Source of the DNA: Candidatus Woesebacteria bacterium
GTDB lineage: Bacteria; Patescibacteriota; Microgenomatia; UBA1400; UBA1396
Length of the DNA: 64,000 nucleotides
Assembly (NCBI GenBank): GCA_963749595.1
Contig: CAVVNJ010000002.1
Span: 96,606 to 160,605, forward strand
Direction: 5' to 3'
Each line of letters begins with the position of its first letter. Within the stretch, counting starts at the first letter, position 1. The notes beneath the pieces were generated by a model. It saw only the letters and a list, made by a program, of their open reading frames with translations. It did not search any database and had not been told where the DNA came from. The translations under genes were made by a program, and so were the position numbers. Of this stretch, positions 8,839-18,368 are shown piece after piece.

Positions 8839-8981
8839 TTGACTGCATAGACAATAAACGGCATAATTAGGCGTTAATGAATCACAGTTCTGTTTGTAAC
8901 ACTGTTTCAATTATCAGGCCCTCCTAGGCGGAAAGATTCTGGGATTATCCCGATTCACCCGCCAAACGGCGGGACTTTTTT
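8839..8981 (+). promoter_or_regulatory. promoter + 16-codon micro-ORF + intrinsic terminator (candidate attenuator leader)
   Basis: TTGACT (8839-8844), 17 nt, then CATAAT (8862-8867). The micro-ORF 8877..8927 encodes MNHSSVCNTVSIIRPS. The terminator is CCCGCC-aaac-GGCGGG plus T6 (8958-8981). GGCGG at 8927-8931 could pair with the terminator 5' arm. Confidence 0.45.
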
Positions 8982-9006
8982 GCATCAATAAAATATTAAG
9001 GAAATT

Positions 9007-10637
9007 ATGAAAAGAAATCAACAAAATAATAACGTTAAAGAACAGCGCTTCTTGGTTAATCTGCAAGAGATGGCTTTCGCGAAAGTGGTGGAACAGTACG
9101 TCAACTTCAGCGAAATGAAAGAGAATTTAAATCAGCTCTTACCGCTAGTAAATCCAGCCTTCATTTATTTGCGGGAGTCGTATATTGCGGTGCTCTAGAC
9201 ACTTCCTATCATTTAGCTCAACAAGCCCTTGCCGGATCCCGTTCAAATCCGAATCGAATCACCGGTGCCAAGCTATCTTCGACCGATTATAAAAGGATCC
9301 TCCAGCATCACTTTCCGCAAGCCGCCAAGATCTGGGTTCTGGACGGTTTAGTTTTTAAACAACAATCGGCTGGTCTAAAACATCTCGCCGGCTTCAACGA
9401 TAACTCGGGAACCTTGATCGATGTCCTTAATTCTGCCGCTTCACTTAGTTTGGGAGCTGAAAACCCCTGGTTAGTGAAAGCCGACCACTTGGAAGACCTG
9501 CTTGGGATCCGTGACAATATCTGCGCGGCCTATCATCCTGGTGTTAGACAAGCGTTTGCGCTGGAGTCTTTAGCAAAACTCTTTCCCAATAAAACCGTTG
9601 CCGATGTCGCAGTGCATACGGAATCATCCGGCACCATCGTCAACTCCGTGGCGATTGAATCAGCGGTCGCCTTTGCGGAAAGAACTCATAATGCGACCAA
9701 GCCAATGCGACTTTTGGCCGTCGACGGCACGTGGGCTGGGGGATATGGCTCGGCTCGGGAAGCAACCGGGTTCGGTGTCGATCAACACCAAGTTAAGCGA
9801 GCTGGAAAAAGCACTTGGGCTGATCGTTGTCTGCCGCCGCCAACATCGGAAAACCGAACAAAATTTCTCGCCGTCGTCAAGGCCGAGTTAAAGAAACAAA
9901 CTGTGGCTGGAGTTTATCTTGAACCAGACGTAGTGGGGGATTTGGGGTTAGTTACTACCGACCCCCAGCTACTCCAACAAATCAAACATTTAATGAGCCG
10001 TCATCAATTGCCTATCATTTTGGATTGCGTGCAACAACTAGGCCGTTCCGGCAGCTATTGGGGCGAAAATGTGGATCGGATCTTTGCTGATTATCCGCTG
10101 CTGATTGTGACTACGGCTAAATCAGCTTCCAACGGTCAGCCTTTCGGTTTTACCCTGATGCCCAAGGAAGTCGCCGATGCGGCCGCCCCTCTTACTCAAA
10201 TCACCACTAACCAGATGAATGGGCCTTTGTTGCGATCACTGGTGGTGGCGGAAATTCTCAATAACGTCGAGTTCCAAACTTGGCTAAAAAGAAAATCACA
10301 CCAAATCGAAGAAATAGCCGACAAATATGGTTTCGCAATCGGCTCGCATGGATTGAGGGGAAAATATCTCAATCGTGGTGTCTATTTAAAAGATAATGAG
10401 CTTGTTAAGTTGGCTCAGATTGCCTTATTGGTTGAAGACGGTATTCTGGTCGGTGCAACACCAAATACCATCCGCTATCAACCAATGCTTTTGGAGTATA
10501 GCGAAACGAATCGGCTGATTGCAGAATTAATCTTTCGGAGAGTAAAACTAGTTCTAGATGGGGTTGTATCTTCGGAGGTGCAGTCTATTTTTGACCGAAT
10601 GCGTGACGCGCCAACTGGTTTAGCCAGAAAATGCTAA
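9007..10637 (+). CDS. class-III (PLP-dependent) aminotransferase-like protein, one frameshift near 9175-9200
   Basis: DCVQQLGRSG resembles DEVQTGfGRTG, and TTAKSASNG supplies a candidate PLP-lysine. The frame of ORF 9414..10637 is open back to about 9120 with no start codon. It joins ORF 9007..9198 only through a 1-nt shift. Confidence 0.65.
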
Positions 10638-10646
10638 ACTATCCCT

Positions 10647-10946
10647 ATGTCCTACCCCACCAAATCCGACCGAGAACTAATCAGCGCCTTTTCACAGCTG
10701 AAAAACGAAAAGGAAGTCACCGGCTTTCTCCGCGATCTCCTTACTCCGGCCGAAATCGAGGAGTTTTCCCGCCGCTTCCAGATCGCCAAACTGCTCTGGA
10801 CCACCAAGCTGTCCTATGCCGACATTGCCGAAAAGGCGAAGACTAGCACGACTACTGTCACCCGGGTTGGCCAATGGTTGTACAAGGAATCTTGGCACGG
10901 CTACCGGGTCGTTCTCCAGAGAACTTTTGGTGATTCCAAGCGTTAA
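10647..10946 (+). CDS. TrpR-like YerC/YecD family DNA-binding protein
   Basis: 99 aa with LLTPAEIEEFSRRFQIAKLL...SYADIAEKAKTSTTTVTRV (HTH). TGcTAAACT lies 6 nt upstream of the ATG, indicating a leaderless start. Confidence 0.8.
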   Translation: MSYPTKSDRELISAFSQLKNEKEVTGFLRDLLTPAEIEEFSRRFQIAKLLWTTKLSYADIAEKAKTSTTTVTRVGQWLYKESWHGYRVVLQRTFGDSKR

Positions 10947-10968
10947 TTCATGTTAGCGTATTAGCATG

Positions 10969-11163
10969 TTGACATACTATCTTTCCTAAGTTATACTGCA
11001 GCCATGTTAAAGCAATGGACCAATTTATTGGCAATCCATCACCACCTCCTTACTAGCGGGGTGATTTAACGTACTAAAAAAATAAAACAAGAAAACGTAG
11101 TCCCACCCCGCAGCACAGCGGGGTTTTTCGTACCGCAAAAAACGAAAGGACTGCGTTTTTTTA
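10969..11163 (+). promoter_or_regulatory. promoter + leaderless 21-codon micro-ORF (HHH) + two nested terminators (candidate attenuator)
   Basis: TTGACA (10969-10974), 17 nt, TATACT (10992-10997), then 6 nt to ATG 11004. The micro-ORF 11004..11069 encodes MLKQWTNLLAIHHHLLTSGVI. Terminator 1 is CCCCGC-agcaca-GCGGGG plus T5 (11106-11128). An outer stem pairs ACGTAGTCC (11095-11103) with GGACTGCGT (11148-11156) and is followed by a T-run. Confidence 0.5.
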
Positions 11164-11181
11164 TTGAAAGAAAGGATATGT

Positions 11182-12087
11182 ATGTCATATCAAGAAAATA
11201 GACCCTATGTAGTTTCGACAGATAGCCGGGGCTTACTCAAAAGTTGGGCGAGAAAGAACCAGCTCACGCTACCAAACGATGCGTACTTTCAGGGAATGCT
11301 CAAAGACCTTGAAGCAACCCTGAGACAGTATTTTGCTGAGGTTGAGATCGTGCCGGAAGAGTTCTTGCGCCAGGGACTCAATAGACTAATCATTAATTCG
11401 CCCGTTCCGGTGGTCTCGCTCGACCGCGCCTATGTCAACCCCAAACAAAGCAAGCTCTTGGGATTTTTGGACGCAACCAGAACGGTCGATACCAATCTCA
11501 ACAGCACTGGTTTGGGCAGTCGTGGGTTAGAGATCACTCTCGAGCGACAAATTGGGCAACTGGCAGCTAAACAGAGTGGAAAAACCATCGCACTGGCTGA
11601 CGACGTTATTTTTGAGGGAAAAACCATGCTCCAGCTAGTACAGAAATTCAGAAATAAAGGGGTGGTGGTTGATTCCGTCCTGGCGGGAATCGCCATTAAG
11701 GAGGGCAAAGAGCTGCTCGAACAAAATGGCATCAGGGTTGATTCTCTTATCGTTTATGACCAAGTCATTGACGAAATCTGTGAGCGCGATTTTGTTGTCG
11801 GCTGTCCATATTCGGGACGGAGCGTGGTTAATGGCCAAGGAATAATTGAGGGCGCTCCCTACCTTTACCCGTTTGGCAAGCCAGTGGAGTGGGCTTCTAT
11901 CCCACCAGAGGAAGCAGTAAACTTCTCCCTTTTTGCTCTGTACCAATCGCTGCAACTTTGGACTAAGACCGAACAACTTTCGCGCCAAAGTATCCCCACC
12001 CAACAAGTTGGCAAACCAGTCTTTGGTCTACCGAAAGGTAAATCAATAAGTGAAGCACTTGCTGCGGTAATGAAAGAACTCAAATAA
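11182..12087 (+). CDS. type-I phosphoribosyltransferase-domain protein, substrate unknown
   Basis: PRPP-binding-type motif IALADDVIFEGKTM. The ~130-aa N-terminal extension has no recognisable family. ATG 11182 has AAAGGA upstream. Confidence 0.6.
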   Translation: MSYQENRPYVVSTDSRGLLKSWARKNQLTLPNDAYFQGMLKDLEATLRQYFAEVEIVPEEFLRQGLNRLIINSPVPVVSLDRAYVNPKQSKLLGFLDATRTVDTNLNSTGLGSRGLEITLERQIGQLAAKQSGKTIALADDVIFEGKTMLQLVQKFRNKGVVVDSVLAGIAIKEGKELLEQNGIRVDSLIVYDQVIDEICERDFVVGCPYSGRSVVNGQGIIEGAPYLYPFGKPVEWASIPPEEAVNFSLFALYQSLQLWTKTEQLSRQSIPTQQVGKPVFGLPKGKSISEALAAVMKELK

Positions 12088-12112
12088 ATGCTGACTCTGA
12101 AAGGATTGAATT

Positions 12113-12610
12113 ATGAGACCAGAAACTAAACTTCTATTTATCGCAGCCACGCACGGCAATGAAAATTTTTCCATCCCAGTGTTTAAAAGCCTGGAGTCTG
12201 AATACCCTAGGAATAAGTGGGGCTATGACTGGATTATCGGCAATCCTAAAGCCCTAAATCAAGGGAAACGGTTTACTGAGACCGATCTTAACCGATCGGC
12301 GCCCGGTGATCCCAACTCATCACTTTACGAAGAGCGAAGAGCCGCCGAATTGATCGAAACTGCTCAAGACTACGATATGATTGTGGATATACACGGTACG
12401 GTTTCGCCTTGCGGTCTGGTCAAGATCATTCCCAAACCTAGTATTGAAAATCTGGCTCTGGCTTCGCTGTTTCCAGAGTTGGTAAACATCATCTGGTATT
12501 CCGCTCGATCTTTGAAAAAGGGCCCGCCGGTTCAGTTCATGGCAAAACCCGCACTGGAAATTGAGTGCGCATTGAGGACACATTTTTGTATCAATAGAAA
12601 GGAAATATGA
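12113..12610 (+). CDS. succinylglutamate desuccinylase/aspartoacylase (AstE/AspA, M14-like) family protein, short
   Basis: ATHGNE, DLNRSAPG and DIHGT zinc/active-site-like motifs. At 165 aa it is only about half the usual length. Confidence 0.55.
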   Translation: MRPETKLLFIAATHGNENFSIPVFKSLESEYPRNKWGYDWIIGNPKALNQGKRFTETDLNRSAPGDPNSSLYEERRAAELIETAQDYDMIVDIHGTVSPCGLVKIIPKPSIENLALASLFPELVNIIWYSARSLKKGPPVQFMAKPALEIECALRTHFCINRKEI

Positions 12611-13161
12611 AAACAAAAAATAGATTGCAAATCGGCGTCATGGGTTCGGCCGCCGACCTGAAATATGCCAGGGAAGTGGAACAAGCCGCTGAAAAACTCG
12701 GTGAGTTAATTGCCCAAAATGATGGCATTCTTTTCTTTGGCGCCGAAAAAGATAGCGACTCGTTATCGACGGCTGCCTGCAGAGGAGCAAAAAAGGCCAA
12801 TGGACTGACCGTTGGCGTCACGTATGGCAAGGGCAAAAACATCTGGGAGAAGGACTATGCTGACGTGATAATCCCGAGCGGTTTGGAGCGGGGAGGCGGC
12901 AGAGAGTTGGTACTGGTTTTGGCTTGCGACGCCATCATCTCTATCAGCGGCGGTTCGGGAACACTAACTGAACTAGCGATTGCCTACCAGGCTGACATTC
13001 CCATGGTGGCTCTGAAAGGGTTTGGTGGCTGGTCTGACCAACTTGCTGGCACCTATTTTGACGGGCGAAAACGTCGGAAAGTGGTCGAAGCTAACAATCC
13101 GGAAGAAGCCGTAGAAATTGCACTGCGCTTAGCCAGTGAGTACCGATCACGCTTCGTCTGA
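12607..13161 (+). CDS. TIGR00725/LOG-like (SLOG) Rossmann-fold protein
   Basis: IGVMGSA near the N-terminus and ISGGSGTLTELA. It overlaps the upstream stop (ATGA). Confidence 0.7.
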   Translation: MKTKNRLQIGVMGSAADLKYAREVEQAAEKLGELIAQNDGILFFGAEKDSDSLSTAACRGAKKANGLTVGVTYGKGKNIWEKDYADVIIPSGLERGGGRELVLVLACDAIISISGGSGTLTELAIAYQADIPMVALKGFGGWSDQLAGTYFDGRKRRKVVEANNPEEAVEIALRLASEYRSRFV

Positions 13162-14631
13162 AATAATCTCCTTAAATGCCGGCCGCACTAGCTGATACGC
13201 CTCTCTTACAAACTGGGCTTTAATTTCCTGACAATCCTCTAGATCCGCAATCGTCCGAGCCACTCGCCACAACTTTAGCTTCCGCCGTAGCGACCAATAC
13301 TTCGTTAATTTTCCTGGCAAAATCTGACTTGAATAACCACCCAGTTGTTGTAGCGCCGTCTTTTCGTACAGCCGACAATACTCCGGCAATCCGTCTTTCA
13401 CCCTGGCTTCCTGTTTTCGCCGCGCCGCCGTAATCTTTTCCCGCCAAACAACCACTTCTATGGGTGAAAGCGTCACTCGGTCCTCAATTGAGACTCTAAC
13501 TTGGAGATCAATCCGGTCCAGCACCGGCCCGGAAATTTGCTCAACGTAGCGCTTAACCTCCGAATCACGGCAATCGCACTTATCGGTACCATAAAAGCCA
13601 CAGGGACAAGGGTTGGCCGTAGCAATCATGGTAAATGAACAAGGCAGCGTCCAAGCTCCGCCGCCACGCACCAGCGTTAAACGCTCGTTCTCCAGGGGTT
13701 GGCGCAGGGCTTCAAGACAAGCGCGAGAAAATTCCGGCAACTCGTCTAAAAATAAAATGCCGCGATGCGCCAAAGTAATCGCGCCAGCCCGCACCGGTCG
13801 GCCGCCACCGATCAGGCCAGCAAGGGTAGCCGAATGGTGAGGCGCGACAATCCGCCCCGGAGGAATGTCGGAAAACGCCCCGATACTTTCACGTACCTGC
13901 CGTTCCCAAACTTGAGCTTCCGTCTCCTCAGGCAAGAGAATCGGCAACATACTCCGCGAATAGGTTTTTCCCACGCCGGGACTGCCAAATAGTAGTAGAT
14001 GATGACCGCCGGCTAGAGACAAAGCTAGCGCCCGCAATAGTTGCTTGGAAATCGTCAAGTTTTCGCTTGATAATGGACTGGACTTAGTTTTTGGCCGGCC
14101 CACCACGCTGGCCAGGGGCAGGAGACAACTGCTGCCGCTTAAACCCAGATATAGTTCGCGCAGCGAATTAGCCGGATAGATCGCTCGGCTAACTAGCGGC
14201 CCTACTGAACGATCGATCACGTCGGCAGAAGTGTACACTCGTCCCTGAGACGAGAGATTATCAAGTAAGGCCAAGTATTCCGGATTGGAATGCAAGGCCC
14301 CATCCAAACCCAATTCGCCGATTGCCGTATAGGGACGATTAGGAATCAAGCGATTAACAGCTAAAACTCCCAACGCAATCGCCAAATCTAAACTCGAACC
14401 GCTTTTGGGTACTTCGACTGGCCGCAAACTGATCACTAATCTTTTCCGCGGCAGCGACAAACGCAAGCTGCGCAGCGCCGAAAAAACCCGGTCCTTGCTT
14501 TCCAGTACCGAAGCATTGGGTAAACCGATCAACGAAACCGTCGGAAGCGAAGTGCTGGAACTTTCCACCTCGATCTCCACTGGTTGGACCGTTGGTCCGC
14601 AAACAACGGCCGAATAAACGCGTGCTACCAT
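13147..14631 (-). CDS. comM: YifB/ComM-family Mg-chelatase-like AAA+ ATPase
   Basis: N-terminal Lon-protease-like domain, Walker A (GSPGVGKT), ILFLDELPEF and the C-terminal ComM region. 494 aa. Confidence 0.9.
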   Translation of the reverse strand: MVARVYSAVVCGPTVQPVEIEVESSSTSLPTVSLIGLPNASVLESKDRVFSALRSLRLSLPRKRLVISLRPVEVPKSGSSLDLAIALGVLAVNRLIPNRPYTAIGELGLDGALHSNPEYLALLDNLSSQGRVYTSADVIDRSVGPLVSRAIYPANSLRELYLGLSGSSCLLPLASVVGRPKTKSSPLSSENLTISKQLLRALALSLAGGHHLLLFGSPGVGKTYSRSMLPILLPEETEAQVWERQVRESIGAFSDIPPGRIVAPHHSATLAGLIGGGRPVRAGAITLAHRGILFLDELPEFSRACLEALRQPLENERLTLVRGGGAWTLPCSFTMIATANPCPCGFYGTDKCDCRDSEVKRYVEQISGPVLDRIDLQVRVSIEDRVTLSPIEVVVWREKITAARRKQEARVKDGLPEYCRLYEKTALQQLGGYSSQILPGKLTKYWSLRRKLKLWRVARTIADLEDCQEIKAQFVREAYQLVRPAFKEIISDEA

Positions 14632-14640
14632 GAGAGGTAT

Positions 14641-15484
14641 TTAAACAAACAATACTGACAGAATACTTACCAAAACCAGATACCATGCAAAGTACACCAG
14701 GCGTGAATGCTTCATCGTGTACTCTAAAATCCATAAGGCCAGGAAGCCGAAGAGGGCCGAAGCAACCGTGGCGAGCAGATAAAAGCCCCAATCGATACTG
14801 ATTGCCACCCGCTCCCTGCCACAGGTCAACCAAATCTAAAGTGATCGCTCCGGCGATTGCCGGGATGCTAATAATGAAAGCGAATTCGAAAGCTTTGGTG
14901 CGTGGCAGACCAACGATCAGACCCGCAAAGAGGGTGGCTCCAGAACGGGAAACCGCCGGTAGAATAGCCAAGGCCTGAAATAATCCGACAAAGAAGGCCT
15001 GCCAAGAGTTGGGAGCGCTTAATTGGTAGCGCAGCTTAGCGCGATCAGCGATTTTCAATAAACCCTGGGAGACTTTCTCCCAAAATCGCCCACCCTGATC
15101 CTGACGATCTTCCTGGCGCAACAATTGGTCGGCCACGAACATAAAAAAGGCCGAAAATAAGAACTGGATGGCCAGGGCAGGCGGGCTAGTTTCGGCCGTT
15201 TCCAGATAGGGTTTTAGCAGCAAACCAAAACCAATCGCCGGAATGGTCGCGACCACAATCTGCAACCAATATTTTTGCGATAAATGTAGGAGCTGGCGGC
15301 GAAAATAGTAAACCAAGGCCAACAACGTGCCGATATGGACGATAATTTCAAAAGATAAGGAAAGCTGGGTAACGCCCAACCAGCGCTCGGCGAGAGCCAG
15401 ATGACCAGAGCTGGAGATCGGCAAAAATTCGGTAAAACCTTGCGTGGCGCCTAGGACAATCGCTTTCCAAAGGGAAAGTTCCAT
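14641..15484 (-). CDS. uppP: undecaprenyl-diphosphate phosphatase (BacA/UppP), one frameshift near 14800
   Basis: The N-terminus is GATQGFTEFLPISSSGHL. The true C-terminus (SIDWGFYLLATVASALFGF...) lies in ORF 14641..14829. The 376-aa track ORF is a read-through artefact into comM. Confidence 0.85.
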
Positions 15485-15490
15485 AAAATT

Positions 15491-16177
15491 TTAGGGTTGC
15501 TGCCGACGCTGTTTTTCTTCGTTAACCATGGAAGTCAGTGATTCCCGGACCAAATCCTTGGCCCCCAAACCAATCGCCAGACCAATCGACAGGGCGGTGG
15601 CCAGAATGAATCCGGCAAACAGCACCAAGATGAAGTCGCTGGCAATCCCCAGCTCGGACAACGCAATCAGGGCGAACAAGGACAACGTAAAGTAACTAGC
15701 CAAGGTCCCGGCCAAAACCGATTGCTGCGGGGCCAGACGTTTGAACTGTTTTTTAACAACCCGTTCGGCCACACCGGCAATAACCACGCCAAAGCCCAAG
15801 ACAATTAAGGCGGAGAGAACCCTAGGAACGAAGCCTAGGATTAGCGAAACAAAATTCGTGAAGAGAGTAATGCCGAGAATTTCTCCGGCGATCGAAAGGA
15901 AAAGTAACATGATCGTCCAAAAAACTAGATTAGAGAAAACCCCGGAGCCTTTCAGGGCATGGGTGGACTCAAAAATACTGCCTAGGGGCGAATCTTGAAC
16001 CAGGCGGCGACCAAAGACCGCTTTGAAACTCCGCCGAACAAATTGAGTCAGCTTGCGGGAGATGATCAAGCCAATAATCAGGACCAAAACACTGAGAGCA
16101 ACGCGCCAAACCGCTCCGGAAACCAGAGCGAACTGGGGTGAAAAGGGGGCAGTGGCGGAAAACCAGGAGGTGGCCAT
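15491..16177 (-). CDS. multi-pass membrane protein, hypothetical
   Basis: Several hydrophobic helices. I place the start at MATSWF. No catalytic motif seen. Confidence 0.55.
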   Translation of the reverse strand: MATSWFSATAPFSPQFALVSGAVWRVALSVLVLIIGLIISRKLTQFVRRSFKAVFGRRLVQDSPLGSIFESTHALKGSGVFSNLVFWTIMLLFLSIAGEILGITLFTNFVSLILGFVPRVLSALIVLGFGVVIAGVAERVVKKQFKRLAPQQSVLAGTLASYFTLSLFALIALSELGIASDFILVLFAGFILATALSIGLAIGLGAKDLVRESLTSMVNEEKQRRQQP

Positions 16178-16221
16178 AACCTCATTGTACACGATTTTTT
16201 CCCAGCACAAGAGCTGATACC

Positions 16222-18006
16222 TCAGTCACGAAAAAGTTCGCTCAACTGCGACGCAGGCAAGGTGTTGGCGACGTCTTTAGCCTGAGCCCAACCGCGACGA
16301 GCCGTCCAAACACCGTACTTCATAAAATCAAAATTGGATAGTGAGTGACTATCGCTATTTATCACCAATTTTATGTCGGACTCAATCGCCGTATGAACCA
16401 GGGCGTCCGGCAGGTCTAAGCGCCAGGGAGAAGCATTAATTTCGATCAGAATCTTGGCTTGAGCACAGACCTTAAATAACTCAGTCCAATCATATTCTAA
16501 TCCCCGACGCTCATTAATTTTTCGCCCGGTGGGATGTCCCCAAATCATTGCTTTGGGGTGAGAGAGTGCCCGTTTCATCCGCTCGGTAGCTTCCTTCGCC
16601 GATTCACTAAAATTGGAGTGAACGGAAACAATCGTGTAATCTAACTGGTCGATCGCTTCATCTTCCAGAGCCAGACTGCCGTCGGAACGGATATCGATTT
16701 CCAGACCCTTGAAAACGGTCAGTTTTTTCTTAGGATTAGCCCGCTGCCATTTTTCGTGGGCCCGTTCAATCTGTTCGTTACGTTTTTCAACATAGCGGCG
16801 GCGGTCGGTCGCGGACAATCCGCTGGCTTTGGGCTGATGGTCCGAAATCCCAAGATATTCGTAGCCGCGCTCCGCCGCCGCCGAGAAAAGTGCCGCCAAT
16901 GAGTCCTCCCCGATATCGTGACTGCTTGGCCAATCGAGATTGCAATGAACGTGCAAGTCACCGCGGATATCGTTCGCCTCAACCAAGTGCGGTAATTTTC
17001 CAGTTTTGGCGGCCTCAATTTCTCCACCGTCTTCCCGCAATTCCGGCGGAATATTGTCCATGCCCAAAAACCGATAGAACGATTCCTCGTCCTGGAATTT
17101 TTTGAGACCTGCCTTCGTTTTGATCCCATACTCCGATAACGAATAGCCATTTTCTTTGGCCAACGTGCGCAAATGGATATTGTGCAGTTTAGAACCGGTG
17201 TAGTGCTGCAACAAGCTACCCCAACTTTCCGGCGGTTGAGTTTTCAAATCGATTTGCCTGCCGGAATTATGCGTCATCATCGCTGTATTTTCGCCTGAAG
17301 AAACCAGGCGCTTCAGTTGGGGAAAGCGCTGCAATTGTTCAAAAACTTCTTTTGGCCGACGGGTTTTAATCGCAAGGTCAATGTCGCCTATGGTCGAACT
17401 ATGACGGCGAAGACTACCAAGGTTCTCCACCGCCTCGACTTCCGGAAGAGTGCTTAGATATGCCATCACTTCGCTGGCAATGGCTTCCGCCTCGGACAAA
17501 AAAAGGCGGTACTTGGTCGGATGATGACGCAAACTACCCAAAGCCCGTCCCAACTCCGCGATGGTCTTCTCCCCGATGCCGGGAACATTGACTAAATCCC
17601 CGTCCTCGACCGCGGCGACAAGTTTTTCCAGCGCAGTCTCAGCAGAGTTAAGTTTTAATTTGGTTGCTAGTTTATGCGCGGTTTTTGGTCCAACGTCTGG
17701 CAAGTCCAGCAGAGCAAACATTCCGCCTGGCAAATCATTCATCACCTCATCAAAGTGTTTCACCCGTCCGGTACGAAATAGTTCGTCCAAGTGTTCAATC
17801 AAATTGGGACCCAGTCCTGGCACGCGCTCCAGCGCTTTTTCCCGCCACAGGTCATAGAGATCGGCACCGGCGTGATCAATACTTTCGGCAGCACTGGTAT
17901 AGGCGCGAGTGCGAAAATAATCCCCGGACTTTACTTCATAGGCCGCCGCCACCTCCCGAAACAGTCGAGCAACTTCCTGATTGGTGGGATGCTTACCTAA
18001 CTTCAT
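16222..18006 (-). CDS. polX: family X DNA polymerase with C-terminal PHP domain (PolX)
   Basis: 594 aa with HhH motifs (LPGLGPNLIEHL, VPGIGEKTIAEL), the Pol-beta-like GDIDL motif and PHP histidines (DLHVHCN...SDH). TACAAT (18013-18018 on the minus strand) lies 6 nt from the ATG. Confidence 0.9.
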   Translation of the reverse strand: MKLGKHPTNQEVARLFREVAAAYEVKSGDYFRTRAYTSAAESIDHAGADLYDLWREKALERVPGLGPNLIEHLDELFRTGRVKHFDEVMNDLPGGMFALLDLPDVGPKTAHKLATKLKLNSAETALEKLVAAVEDGDLVNVPGIGEKTIAELGRALGSLRHHPTKYRLFLSEAEAIASEVMAYLSTLPEVEAVENLGSLRRHSSTIGDIDLAIKTRRPKEVFEQLQRFPQLKRLVSSGENTAMMTHNSGRQIDLKTQPPESWGSLLQHYTGSKLHNIHLRTLAKENGYSLSEYGIKTKAGLKKFQDEESFYRFLGMDNIPPELREDGGEIEAAKTGKLPHLVEANDIRGDLHVHCNLDWPSSHDIGEDSLAALFSAAAERGYEYLGISDHQPKASGLSATDRRRYVEKRNEQIERAHEKWQRANPKKKLTVFKGLEIDIRSDGSLALEDEAIDQLDYTIVSVHSNFSESAKEATERMKRALSHPKAMIWGHPTGRKINERRGLEYDWTELFKVCAQAKILIEINASPWRLDLPDALVHTAIESDIKLVINSDSHSLSNFDFMKYGVWTARRGWAQAKDVANTLPASQLSELFRD

Positions 18007-18020
18007 GAAACCATTGTATC

Positions 18021-18046
18021 CAAAAACGCCCTCCGCGAGGAGGGCG
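18021..18046 (-). terminator. intrinsic terminator of rnpB
   Basis: On the minus strand, the CGCCCTCC-tcgc-GGAGGGCG stem is followed by TTTTT. Confidence 0.7.
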
Positions 18047-18059
18047 TTAATGATTTTGT

Positions 18060-18362
18060 GGCTATCCCGATAAGCCAGATTCTGTTTAGGTGTTCATTTC
18101 TCTAGGCCCGCATCTTTATCACCCGGACCGAAGTCCATAGGGAACGCGTCCAATATGGTGAAGGTCGTCGGTTGCGACAGAGAGGATTGCCCCCGCCCGA
18201 AAGCGGTCCGCTTGGCGTTTCACCCGGCGCGACCCGGTTCGTCACTGTGGCTCTAACTGTACCCCCTTGCGAGGGCCCCGGCTTTGGGCCGGCATCCTGC
18301 GTTCAGTCGTCTGGACTTTCCTCACCGACCTTGCGGCCGGCGCGAACACTTCGAGATCGCCA
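18060..18362 (-). ncRNA. rnpB: RNase P RNA (bacterial type A-like, compact)
   Basis: The reverse complement contains the universal GAGGAAAGTCC (P4 5' strand) and ACAGAATCTGGCTTATCGG (P4 3' strand/P1), plus GGGTGAAAC and several GNRA/UUCG hairpins. It has its own promoter and terminator. Ends are approximate. Confidence 0.85.
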
Positions 18363-18368
18363 ACTCAT

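Noticed and set aside
14354-15484. 376-aa ORF suggesting a UppP fusion protein overlapping comM
   Set aside because: The extension beyond about 14800 has no homology and overlaps comM. The genuine UppP C-terminus is in the adjacent frame (14641..14829), so this is a frameshift read-through.
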